Origin: Ruminococcus sp.
GTDB lineage: Bacteria > Bacillota > Clostridia > Oscillospirales > Ruminococcaceae
Assembly: GCA_031262495.1 (NCBI GenBank)
Contig: JAISHV010000040.1
Location: 17,561-81,560 of the forward strand
Reading direction: 5' to 3'
Length of the DNA: 64,000 nt
Within the stretch, counting starts at the first letter, position 1. Every line of letters starts with the position of its first letter. The translations under genes and the position numbers were made by a program. Under the pieces are notes generated by a model, which ran no database searches, was not told the origin of the DNA, and was given only the letters and a program-made list of their open reading frames with translations. This document shows, piece after piece, positions 47,280 through 55,807 of the stretch.

Positions 47280-47770
47280 AATACCGCACACCCCTTTTCT
47301 GCATCAAACGGCAGCACAAGACTCGGGAATATCGTTCCTGCCTCAAAGCCCAGATTTTCTTCGTATGGTTCTTCCCATTCCTGAATCGGGACATAACACA
47401 TCCCTACAGGCATCTTATCGGGGAAAACTGTTGCAGGCAGAGTAACCGGTGCTGTAGGAATCTGATCTACTGTCGCCGGCAATGTCACAGGTCTCTGCGG
47501 AATCTGATCTACCGTCGCCGGCAGTGTAACAGGTCTCTGCGGGATTTGTTCTACTGTCGCCGGTAATGTCACAGGTCTCTGCGGAATTTGATCTACTGTC
47601 GCCGGTAATGTCACAGGTCTCTGCGGGATTTGATCTACCGTCGCCGGTAATGTCACAGGTCTCTGAGGGATTTGCTGTACCGTCGCCGGCAATGTGGACG
47701 GTGTTTGAATAGTTTGCTGTAGGGTTGACCTTTGCGGAATTGTATAAATTCTCCCGAATTTATTCGGCAT
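47276..47770 (-). CDS. cotJA: CotJA-like spore coat-associated protein with N-terminal 14-aa tandem repeats
   Basis: The C-terminal 55 aa match the CotJA pattern (MPVGMCYVPIQEWEEPYEENLGFEAGTIFPSLVLPF). The N-terminus carries about 7 copies of QIPQRPVTLPATVD. ATG 47770 is preceded by AAGGAGGA. Confidence 0.8.
   Translation of the reverse strand: MPNKFGRIYTIPQRSTLQQTIQTPSTLPATVQQIPQRPVTLPATVDQIPQRPVTLPATVDQIPQRPVTLPATVEQIPQRPVTLPATVDQIPQRPVTLPATVDQIPTAPVTLPATVFPDKMPVGMCYVPIQEWEEPYEENLGFEAGTIFPSLVLPFDAEKGCAVL
47429..47722 (-). repeat. 42-bp in-frame tandem repeat, about 7 copies
   Basis: Units of the form aggtctctgcggaatctgatctaccgtcgccggcaatgtcac occur with scattered substitutions. They lie inside cotJA. 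Confidence 0.9.
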
Positions 47771-48020
47771 ATTTTTTTCCTCCTTGGTTGAAATTTTGAA
47801 TAAATAAGGCAAATATTTTCTGTTTTGCCTATTTACTTATGTTTTATAATACTCAAATACCGAAAAATTGTTACCGAAACAATTTCTAAAATAAGTAAAT
47901 TTTACTGCAAATTTTATCCATCACGATAATATTGTAAATTTTTTATAAAATTGCTTGCATTATTGAAGATTTTGTGTTATACTTAATTAATTAATTTGGT
48001 TAAAACGGAGATGTTCATAT

Positions 48021-48854
48021 ATGGAAGAAATTAAAGTAACAACTCAGAACGATCTTGACTTGCCTTGGCTTACATTCACTCTGTGCGGTAATGCTTATGC
48101 GATTAACAGTAAATTCATCGACGGTATAATGACCCCTCCCGAAGAGATTACGCCCATACCCGATTCACCGCGGAAATATATCGGTATGCTCAATATTCGC
48201 GGCGATGTATTTCCGTTACTCGATATGCGTGTACAGTTTAAGAATCCTACAATGAGCGAAGAGATTTCAGCATTTGAAAAACAAGTTGATGAGTTTATCG
48301 AACGACATAAAAAGACATTTGATGAATTAAAAAATACTGTTTCCGATTCAACAACCGCTATTTCAGCGGTTGACGACACTAAATGCGGATATTCGTTGTG
48401 GGCTGAAAAGGTAATGAAGCACAAAGACAAAGTCGGTGAAGCTATTGCAAAAGCACAGGAACCTCACAAAGCACTTCATCACATCGCCGACAGAATTACC
48501 GAAATTGTACGTAACAGTCAGGCAGAACGCCGAGAAGAAGAACTGAAAAAAGTGTTGGCAGAAGGTGAGAGTCAGCTCGTACTGTTCACCGATATATTAA
48601 AAGAAGCCGAATATACATTCAAGCGCAGATTCCGCGAAACAATAATAAATCTCTCTGACGGCGATCGTAAACTCGGTATTATGGTTGACGAAGTTTTAGG
48701 TGTCGGTGAAATAGAAATGGTTAAAGACAGCCAAAACCTCAATTCCGTCTATTCATCAAATATGTTTGAGGGTGTCGGACTTTCGGATAAGACAGAAAAG
48801 GAAATACTTATAATTAACGAAGAACTGCTTATTAAACAATCAGATATCGAATAA
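48021..48854 (+). CDS. CheW-like domain protein with large internal insertion
   Basis: The N-terminal half of a CheW fold (WLTFTLCGNAYAINSKFIDGIMTPPEEITPIPDSPRKYIGMLNIRGDVFPLLDMRVQF) is separated from the C-terminal half (LGIMVDEVLGVGEIE...ILIINEELL) by about 125 charged, helical residues. Confidence 0.7.
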   Translation: MEEIKVTTQNDLDLPWLTFTLCGNAYAINSKFIDGIMTPPEEITPIPDSPRKYIGMLNIRGDVFPLLDMRVQFKNPTMSEEISAFEKQVDEFIERHKKTFDELKNTVSDSTTAISAVDDTKCGYSLWAEKVMKHKDKVGEAIAKAQEPHKALHHIADRITEIVRNSQAERREEELKKVLAEGESQLVLFTDILKEAEYTFKRRFRETIINLSDGDRKLGIMVDEVLGVGEIEMVKDSQNLNSVYSSNMFEGVGLSDKTEKEILIINEELLIKQSDIE

Positions 48855-48861
48855 CCGATTA

Positions 48862-48889
48862 AGGCGCGGGAAAACCGCGCCTTTTTTTC
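48862..48889 (+). terminator. intrinsic terminator
   Basis: AGGCGCGG gaaaa CCGCGCCT TTTTTTT. Confidence 0.8.
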
Positions 48890-48908
48890 ATTTATGTGAA
48901 AAAGCCGC

Positions 48909-48937
48909 TTGACTTTTTAAAAAATTTATTGTATAAT
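48909..48937 (+). promoter_or_regulatory. sigma-A promoter abutting MITE-like copy 2
   Basis: TTGACT, 17 nt, TATAAT. The element starts 2 nt after the -10. Confidence 0.55.
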
Positions 48938-48938
48938 T

Positions 48939-49105
48939 ATACTAATACTAATATGCATTTTATGAATTGATTGAATTTGCTCTGAAACAACGGGCGACCG
49001 AGGGCGGTCGCCCCGACAGAACTCAAAAAAATAAATACAATTTGTAGGGGCGGGCGCCCCCGCCCGCCCGAACATCATGTCATTTTTTTATTGCATATTA
49101 GTATA
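48939..49105 (+). mobile_element. MITE-like GC-rich palindromic element, copy 2
   Basis: TACTAATATGCATT ... AATTGCATATTAGTA termini (13/14), with a partial TACTAA duplication at the left end. The core has GGGCGACCG aggg CGGTCGCCC and GGGCGGGCG cccc CGCCCGCCC hairpins. Confidence 0.7.
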
Positions 49106-49223
49106 AACTTAAAAGATTGATTTTTTAATGCTGTAGTGTATTAAACGGCAGCGAAACGGGCAATATATTATCTGATTACGCAACTCGCCGATTAAAATAG
49201 AAACCTTTTTTAAAAAAATTACT

Positions 49224-50486
49224 ATGACTTACATAATCATTATAATCCTTATAGCCGCCTCCGCAATGTTTTCGGCAGGGGAGATGGCATTCTCAACCGC
49301 AAACCGAATACGATTACGCTCGCTGTCCGATGACGGAAATAAAAAAGCCAAAACAGCAGTTAAGCTTATTGAGCATTATGACAAGACGCTTACAACAATA
49401 CTTGTCGGCAACAATATAGTAAATATTTTGTCTGCCTCAATAGCTACTGCGGTGTTTGCGAAGGCTTTCGGTGCGGCGGGAATCGGTATTGCCACTGCCC
49501 TCATGACGGTTGTGGTCTTGGTTTTCGGCGAAGTAATCCCCAAAACTTACGCTAAATACAGAGCCGAAACTTTAGCACTCGCACTCGCCGATGTACTTTT
49601 CCTGCTCGTTATTCTCTTTACGCCGATTGTTTTTCTTTTTGGTATTCTTCAAAAATTTGTCATCATATTAAGCAGTAAGAACAAAAAAAATCACCCGAGT
49701 GTCACGGAAGACGAACTTAAGATTATCATTAACGAAATTGAAGACGAAGGCGTTTTAGAAGAACAAGAAAGCCGCTTAGTGCGTTCGGCACTTGAATTTG
49801 ACGATATTACGGTCGATAAAATCTTCATACCGCGAACAAAAATGACGGCTGTTTCAAAAGATTGGTCTGTCGAGAAAATAAAGCAGCTTTTTGCAGACGA
49901 CCGCTATTCAAGGCTGCCTGTTTATGACGGCAGTGTTGATAACATCATCGGTATAATCTATGAAAAGGATTTTTTCGCAAAGTTTTTAGGCGGCGAAGAT
50001 TTAGACGATTTTTCCGGGATTATAAAAAACGCATTATATGTTACTGAATTTGACAGAATTTCCGAAGTTTTACCCAAAATGCAAAAAACAAAAATCCATA
50101 TGGCTATCGTCAAAGACCAATACGGCGGAACAAGCGGTATTGTTACACTTGAAGATATAATTGAAGAACTCGTCGGCGAAATATATGACGAAAATGATGA
50201 AATTATCCCGTCGGTAGTTAAGATTTCCGAAAATGAATATGAAATTGCCCCCGACCTGAATATCGGTGATTTTGAAGAACAGTTAGGATTACCCGCTGAA
50301 TATATTCAAACTGAAGCCAACACTGTCGGCGGCTGGGCAATGGAGATTTTAGGTGAAATTCCCGAAATAGGGGATAGTGCCGTATTCGGATGCTTAAAAC
50401 TCACTGTAACTGACAGTGACAAACAGAAGATTAATAAAATCAAAGTGACAGTTGACGACACTTTTAGTGAAATTGCAGAAAACTAA
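49224..50486 (+). CDS. CNNM/HlyC-CorC family transporter (DUF21-CBS-CorC_HlyC)
   Basis: The N-terminal DUF21 TM region (SAGEMAFSTANRIRLR), a CBS pair (VDKIFIPRTKM..., RLPVYDGSVDNIIGIIYEKD) and a C-terminal CorC domain. Confidence 0.85.
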   Translation: MTYIIIIILIAASAMFSAGEMAFSTANRIRLRSLSDDGNKKAKTAVKLIEHYDKTLTTILVGNNIVNILSASIATAVFAKAFGAAGIGIATALMTVVVLVFGEVIPKTYAKYRAETLALALADVLFLLVILFTPIVFLFGILQKFVIILSSKNKKNHPSVTEDELKIIINEIEDEGVLEEQESRLVRSALEFDDITVDKIFIPRTKMTAVSKDWSVEKIKQLFADDRYSRLPVYDGSVDNIIGIIYEKDFFAKFLGGEDLDDFSGIIKNALYVTEFDRISEVLPKMQKTKIHMAIVKDQYGGTSGIVTLEDIIEELVGEIYDENDEIIPSVVKISENEYEIAPDLNIGDFEEQLGLPAEYIQTEANTVGGWAMEILGEIPEIGDSAVFGCLKLTVTDSDKQKINKIKVTVDDTFSEIAEN

Positions 50487-50576
50487 TAAATATTTTTGTG
50501 TAAAATTGCTATAGCTTTTTAATCTTGAAAATGGTAAAATTAATTAGTATAGGTATAGTAAAAATTGAGGTAACTG

Positions 50577-51302
50577 ATGTCCGAAATAGCAGACAAGAGA
50601 TTTGCGGTTTTAATAGACGCCGATAATGTATCGGACAAATATGTAAAGTTTATTATGGAAGAAATACTCAACGACGGTATCATAACATATAAACGCATAT
50701 ACGGCGACTTCACAAAACCAAACCTTTCATCGTGGAAATCTCTGCTTCTGAATTATTCCATTACCCCGATGCAGCAATACAGCTATACAACAGGCAAAAA
50801 TTCAACAGACTCAGCTCTCATAATCGACGCAATGGATATTTTATACAGCAAAAATGTTGACGGATTTTGTATAGTTTCAAGCGACAGTGATTTCACGAAA
50901 TTGGCATCACGTCTGCGCGAATCGGGTATGTATGTCATAGGAATGGGCGAAAAAAAGACACCGATGCCGTTTGTTTCAGCTTGTAACCGTTTCAGATACC
51001 TTGAAATTCTAAACTCAAAGCCCAGTAAATTTGTAGCTTCCGATGACCTGACATCCGAAAAAATCGAAGAGGCAGTCACGGCAATACTGAATGAAGTCTC
51101 CGACGACGACGGATGGGCATCCCTCTCTCAAATCGGGAATATCTTATCAAAACGTTTTCCCAGTTTTGACGTGAGACATTTCGGCTTCAATAAACTAATG
51201 CCGTTTATTGAATCAATGGGTTCATTTGACATTAAAGCATCAGCATCAAACGGTCCGCGCAACATAAAAGTCGTCTATATCAGAAAAAAGGGGGTAAATT
51301 AG
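50577..51302 (+). CDS. NYN-domain (LabA-like) protein with C-terminal OST-HTH/LOTUS domain
   Basis: NYN pattern FAVLIDADNVS...GKNSTDSALIIDAMD...FCIVSSDSDF. The C-terminal roughly 70 aa (DGWASLSQIGNILSKRFPSFDVRHFGFNKLMPFIES) are LOTUS-like. Confidence 0.75.
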   Translation: MSEIADKRFAVLIDADNVSDKYVKFIMEEILNDGIITYKRIYGDFTKPNLSSWKSLLLNYSITPMQQYSYTTGKNSTDSALIIDAMDILYSKNVDGFCIVSSDSDFTKLASRLRESGMYVIGMGEKKTPMPFVSACNRFRYLEILNSKPSKFVASDDLTSEKIEEAVTAILNEVSDDDGWASLSQIGNILSKRFPSFDVRHFGFNKLMPFIESMGSFDIKASASNGPRNIKVVYIRKKGVN

Positions 51303-51307
51303 GGCAT

Positions 51308-51470
51308 CAGCAACCCTGTAACCCCGTGCGTAAATTTGAAATTACTTACACGTCCGATTTAAAAACCGGGCAGATTCGGGCAGCAGAACACCCGTATGTG
51401 AATTGAAATAATAAGCGCGTCCTCTTCAAAAGAACCGGACGAATTCGGAAAACAGTAACCCTGTAACCCC
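51308..51470 (+). repeat. 18-nt direct repeat (17/18) bracketing a 127-bp intergenic segment
   Basis: CAGCAACCCTGTAACCCC at 51308..51325 and CAGTAACCCTGTAACCCC at 51453..51470. Confidence 0.85.
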
Positions 51471-51479
51471 TTATAAAAA

Positions 51480-52145
51480 ATGAAAAAAGCCGATGATTTT
51501 GACGCCGCAATATTCGACCTTGACGGCACACTCCTTGATTCAAACGACAGTTGGGCAGAGATAGATGAAATATATCTGTTAAAGCATGGAATAACCCCTT
51601 CTCCGGGACGTTCAGCCGAAATGGCATCATCTTCATATGAAGAGGTGTATGAACAGATAAAAAAGCTCGGTATTACGGATTCGTTTGAAGATTTCAAAGC
51701 AGAAATCAATGAAATTGCCGAAAATGAATACACGAACAATATCGGACTCAAAGACGGCGCAGAACGTTATCTGAGGCACCTCAAAGACAGCGGAAAAAAG
51801 ACGGCTCTGCTGACCGCTTCCCCTGAAAAGCTCTATAAACCCGCACTGAAAGCTCACGGCATATACGAATTATTCGATATATTTTTATCAGCCGAAAACA
51901 CCGACTTCGATAAATACAACGAAGAAATTTATTTTCTGTGTGCTTCAAAACTTCAGGCATCGCCGAACAGATGTATTGTATTTGATGATTTATACAAATG
52001 CATAATGGCAGCTAAATCAGCCGGAATGAAAACAGTATGTGTTTATGACAGATATTCACAGCTCGACTTCTTTATGGCACGCGGTTTTTCAGACGAATAT
52101 ATCTACAGTTTCAGTGACCTTTTAGCAGACCCGAAGACAACTTAA
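51480..52145 (+). CDS. HAD-superfamily hydrolase (subfamily IA-like)
   Basis: Motif I AAIFDLDGTLLDS, motif II LLTAS, motif IV VFDDLY...AAKSAGM. Confidence 0.85.
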   Translation: MKKADDFDAAIFDLDGTLLDSNDSWAEIDEIYLLKHGITPSPGRSAEMASSSYEEVYEQIKKLGITDSFEDFKAEINEIAENEYTNNIGLKDGAERYLRHLKDSGKKTALLTASPEKLYKPALKAHGIYELFDIFLSAENTDFDKYNEEIYFLCASKLQASPNRCIVFDDLYKCIMAAKSAGMKTVCVYDRYSQLDFFMARGFSDEYIYSFSDLLADPKTT

Positions 52146-52258
52146 AATTCTTTATCCTTGCTGTGAATTGTTTTACGTATTTATCAGAGCATAGAAAACA
52201 CAACAAGCAACGCTTCCCCCGTCTAATAATCAAAATAACATACCGGAGAGAGAAATTA

Positions 52259-53494
52259 ATGGAATCTTTTATCGTACGTCAGGCAATTTTAGACGATCGC
52301 CAAAAAACGGTCGGATATGAAATAATATATAACGAGCATTTAGGTGCCGATACTCAAATTTCAGATGCCACAGCTGCCAATGCCATTGAGGAGTTTTTAT
52401 CTAACTCTGCTACAGATACATTCTTAGACGGAAAACCGGCATTTTTAACATTCACGACAGGGCTTCTTGAAAAGAATATCCCGAAAATGTTTGCGCAATC
52501 AAAACTCATTCTTCAAATTGAGGATTCACTCATCACAAACCCCGCTTCGCATAAACTTATCACCAAATATTATCAGCAGGGCTATAAATTTGCAGTATGT
52601 GATTTTGAATTTGCTCCGCGCTTTTTCGGTGTGCTTGATGTAGTAAACTACATAAAAGTGAACTTCAGGGATTTCAAATCCCAAACGCTCAATAACGTAA
52701 TAAGCATCGGTAATTCATTCGGTAAAAATGTTATCGCTTATAATATTGAGTGTCAGGAAGCCTACGATAAAGCCGTAGCTTGCGGGTGCAGATATTTTCA
52801 AGGTCCGTTTGTATCCGAAAAGCTCCCGGCGACTATTAAGAAAACTAATTATCTCCAGTCTAACTTTTTCCTGCTAATGTGTGCTATCACAAAAGATGAG
52901 CCGGATATTGACGAAATTGAATCTATTGTTTCACGTGACGTGTCACTGACATTCTCACTGCTGCGCCTTGTTAACTCTGCATATTTTGCGCTCCGCAATC
53001 GTGCGCGTTCTGTTAAACAAGCCCTTGTTATCCTCGGTTTAGGTCAGCTCAAACAATGGATATACCTCCTTTCATTTAAACAAGAAGACGGCTCAATGCC
53101 CGATGAACTGCTGAAAGTTTCATTCTTGCGTGCGACATTTGCTTCAGAACTGCTGCCTCTCTGTAAAGATATGCCTATTTCAAAATCCGAAGCTTACCTC
53201 CTCGGAATGTTTTCAACTCTCGGAAAACTTATGCAGTGTGATTTAGCTTTAGCTCTTGACCAATTGCCTATAGTCGATGAAATTAAGAATGCTCTGCTCT
53301 ATCAGACAGGCAGAACAGGACAGCTTTTCAAACTGATAATTTCATACGAAAAAGCCGACTGGAAAACAATGCAAGAATGTGCAGAAGATTTATCAATCCC
53401 TCAAAATGCCATCGCAACAAAATATTTTGATTGTGTAGAAAACGTTAACAGTATTTGGAACAGCCTGTCACGCCCGAACGAATTAGCGGAATGA
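52259..53494 (+). CDS. EAL-like plus HDOD domain signalling protein
   Basis: MESFIVRQAILDDRQKTVGYEIIY matches the N-terminus of EAL-HDOD proteins. The HDOD region has VSLTFSLLRLVNSAYFALRNRARSVKQALVILG. ATG 52259 is preceded by GGAGAGAG. Confidence 0.7.
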   Translation: MESFIVRQAILDDRQKTVGYEIIYNEHLGADTQISDATAANAIEEFLSNSATDTFLDGKPAFLTFTTGLLEKNIPKMFAQSKLILQIEDSLITNPASHKLITKYYQQGYKFAVCDFEFAPRFFGVLDVVNYIKVNFRDFKSQTLNNVISIGNSFGKNVIAYNIECQEAYDKAVACGCRYFQGPFVSEKLPATIKKTNYLQSNFFLLMCAITKDEPDIDEIESIVSRDVSLTFSLLRLVNSAYFALRNRARSVKQALVILGLGQLKQWIYLLSFKQEDGSMPDELLKVSFLRATFASELLPLCKDMPISKSEAYLLGMFSTLGKLMQCDLALALDQLPIVDEIKNALLYQTGRTGQLFKLIISYEKADWKTMQECAEDLSIPQNAIATKYFDCVENVNSIWNSLSRPNELAE

Positions 53495-53495
53495 A

Positions 53496-53636
53496 TATAG
53501 AGGTAAGAGGTTAGACGTTAGAGATTAGATTAATACCGGCGGGCAATGCTGTTGCCCGCCTCTTTTATTACGGATTTATAGCTGATATCGCTGCCATTAC
53601 TAATCTAACCTCTTACATCTAACTTCTAACCTCTAT
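53496..53636. repeat. imperfect inverted repeat built from TTAGA/TCTAA pentamers, bracketing a terminator
   Basis: Left arm: ATAGAGGTAAGAGGTTAGACGTTAGAGATTAGATTAATA. Right arm: ATTACTAATCTAACCTCTTACATCTAACTTCTAACCTCTAT. Confidence 0.75.
53538..53569 (+). terminator. intrinsic terminator of the EAL-HDOD gene
   Basis: GGCGGGCAA tgctg TTGCCCGCC TCTTTTATT. Confidence 0.8.
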
Positions 53637-53675
53637 GTTAACCTCTATTTGCCATTACAAATCTGATAAAAAGTG

Positions 53676-53704
53676 TTGACATTTGTGTAAAATTACTGTA
53701 TAAT
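53676..53704 (+). promoter_or_regulatory. sigma-A promoter of the lysozyme gene
   Basis: TTGACA, 17 nt, TATAAT. Confidence 0.6.
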
Positions 53705-53791
53705 TAACTAAACGTTAAAACAAAGGATTTAATGTAATAGTCATAGCTTTCATAGTTATTTGTGTTGATTTTAAAATGAATGGAACTTAAA

Positions 53792-55027
53792 ATGAAAAAG
53801 ATTATCGCGGCAATAATATGCTGCTTGTGTTTGGCTATACCGCTTTCTGTCAGTGTTGCGGCTTTGGCTGCAAAAACTGATGCGGCTGCGGCAATTGCCG
53901 CTGCGGGCAGCTCTGACGAAGAAGTCACAATACCGGCGACACGCCTGCGCTCATCGCCGCAGGTTATGACACTTGATATCGGTGAAACACGACAGATGAG
54001 TTTTTTGTTTACGCCCAAAAACTCTGATGACTATTTGATACCGAATTCATATAACAAAAATGTAGCGATAGCCGACAGCGACGGATTAGTCACTGCTGTC
54101 GGACCGGGACATACTACCATTCGTTTCAAAACATCGTCACGTCAAAAAGTGAGCGTTGATGTAACCGTAAACCCGCCCGCCGCATCATACGCTTCAAATG
54201 GAATTACACTTGAAGATGAATTTGTAAAACTTCGCAAAGGCAAAACCGCACAGATTTATGCTTTCTGTTATGTTGACGGAAAGGAAGCGGATATAAAATA
54301 CATATCAAATGATACAAAAACGGCAACCGTAGATAAAGACGGTCTCGTAACCGCTGTAGGAACAGGGGAGACGTCTGTTACAATAACATCGGGTGAATAT
54401 ACCGCAGAGTATTACGTATCGGTTTACAGCGGTGTCTATAAGGGTGTTGATGTGTCAAGCTGGCAGGGTAAAATTGATTGGTCAAAGGTAAACGACGACG
54501 GCATTGATTTTGCAATGATACGCAGTTCATATGGTACAGATAACACCGATTCACGTTTTTATGAAAACGTAAAGGGCTGTGAAAAGAATAATATTCCATA
54601 CGGGATTTATCATTATACATACGCCGAAAACATCGCCGAAGCCGAGACAGAAGCCCTCGCCATGATAAATATAATTAAAGGGACAAGCCCCGAATATCCG
54701 ATTGTACTTGACATTGAGGAATCGTTTTATAAATCAATGTCAAAAACGAAGGTTATGAATATCATCATCACTTTCTGTAATACGCTATACAGAAGCGGTT
54801 ATAAAAACTTAACCATCTACAGCAATACATACTTCCTAACGCACCACACAAACTTAGAAAAACTAAGCGCAAACTACGGTATATGGGTAGCCAGTTGGGG
54901 CGACGAAGAAAAACTTACTGCATTCTACGACGGCGAATACAATATGTGGCAGTATTCAAGCACAGGCAAAGTCAGCGGCATTGATACGGATGTTGACCTG
55001 AATTATTCGTATGTCCACATGAATTAA
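53792..55027 (+). CDS. secreted GH25 muramidase (lysozyme) with two Big_2-like Ig domains
   Basis: Signal peptide MKKIIAAIICCLCLAIPLSVSVAALA. Two Big_2-like modules (DSDGLVTAVGPGHTTIRF; DKDGLVTAVGTGETSVTI). GH25 core GVDVSSWQGKIDWSKVNDDGIDFAMIRSSYG...YHYTYA...DIE. Confidence 0.85.
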   Translation: MKKIIAAIICCLCLAIPLSVSVAALAAKTDAAAAIAAAGSSDEEVTIPATRLRSSPQVMTLDIGETRQMSFLFTPKNSDDYLIPNSYNKNVAIADSDGLVTAVGPGHTTIRFKTSSRQKVSVDVTVNPPAASYASNGITLEDEFVKLRKGKTAQIYAFCYVDGKEADIKYISNDTKTATVDKDGLVTAVGTGETSVTITSGEYTAEYYVSVYSGVYKGVDVSSWQGKIDWSKVNDDGIDFAMIRSSYGTDNTDSRFYENVKGCEKNNIPYGIYHYTYAENIAEAETEALAMINIIKGTSPEYPIVLDIEESFYKSMSKTKVMNIIITFCNTLYRSGYKNLTIYSNTYFLTHHTNLEKLSANYGIWVASWGDEEKLTAFYDGEYNMWQYSSTGKVSGIDTDVDLNYSYVHMN

Positions 55028-55031
55028 AAAT

Positions 55032-55065
55032 AATCCCCTTAAATTTGTGAAAGTTTAAGGGGATT
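55032..55065. terminator. bidirectional terminator
   Basis: AATCCCCTTAAA tttgtgaaag TTTAAGGGGATT lies between convergent genes. Confidence 0.8.
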
Positions 55066-55078
55066 TCATTATTCAAAG

Positions 55079-55804
55079 TTAAATCTCTGAAAGCTCTTTG
55101 AGATATTCATTCAGCCGCGTTTCCTCGTAATCGGCAATAAGTTTTGTCATAGCCGATATATCCCCGGTTTCGCGGTATTGGTTAAAACAATCATAGTATC
55201 GCTTACGGTCGGCGTATTTTATATTTATCGGTAAAAAACCCTGTTTTATAAGCTCAAAATTCAAAAGCAACCGCCCGGTTCTTCCGTTTCCGTCAATAAA
55301 AGGGTGAATAGTTTCAAAGCGCAAGTGAAATTCTGCCGTCTTTTCGATAATATGTTTATTTGAATTCGTATTGTCAGCTAAAAGCTTTTCTATCATAGGC
55401 GCGATTAAATACGGCTGAGGTGCAACGTGGCTGCCGACACGAACCGGAACATCACGCCATATCCCGCGATAACGCGGATTATCCATCAACACAAGCGAGT
55501 GTATATTTTTTATAACCGACTCTGAAAGCGGCGTTGTTTTGTCGGCATAAAGCATTATATAATCAAATGCATCACGGTGTCCGATTACTTCAAGGTGTTC
55601 GCGGATTGGCTTTTCGCCTATTGTAACGCCTTTTTGGAGAATTAATGCGGTTTCATCCAGAGTGAGAGTATTGCCCTCAATAGCCGTTGAGTCATGGGTA
55701 TATTCAATACAAAATTTATCGCGCAATTTTATCATTCCGTCGGTGTCGAGCGGTCTGCGCTGCATGATTTTTTCTTTTAAATTGTCAATTTTTTTAAAAT
55801 CCAT
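55079..55804 (-). CDS. Fic-family protein (class II, N-terminal auto-inhibitory motif)
   Basis: Fic motif HPFIDGNGRTGR. Inhibitory (S/T)xxxE(G/N) motif STAIEG lies upstream in the same chain. Confidence 0.9.
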   Translation of the reverse strand: MDFKKIDNLKEKIMQRRPLDTDGMIKLRDKFCIEYTHDSTAIEGNTLTLDETALILQKGVTIGEKPIREHLEVIGHRDAFDYIMLYADKTTPLSESVIKNIHSLVLMDNPRYRGIWRDVPVRVGSHVAPQPYLIAPMIEKLLADNTNSNKHIIEKTAEFHLRFETIHPFIDGNGRTGRLLLNFELIKQGFLPINIKYADRKRYYDCFNQYRETGDISAMTKLIADYEETRLNEYLKELSEI

Positions 55805-55807
55805 ATT

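Noticed and set aside
47429-47722. Regularly spaced 42-bp repeats considered as a possible CRISPR array
   Set aside because: The repeats are contiguous with no spacers, they stay in frame within cotJA and encode a conserved 14-aa peptide unit, and no cas genes are nearby.
51346-51751. Overlapping minus-strand ORFs (96 and 130 aa) across the NYN-HAD intergenic region
   Set aside because: Both extend antisense into the HAD gene, which has clear DxDGT-type motifs. Neither has an SD or a recognisable domain.
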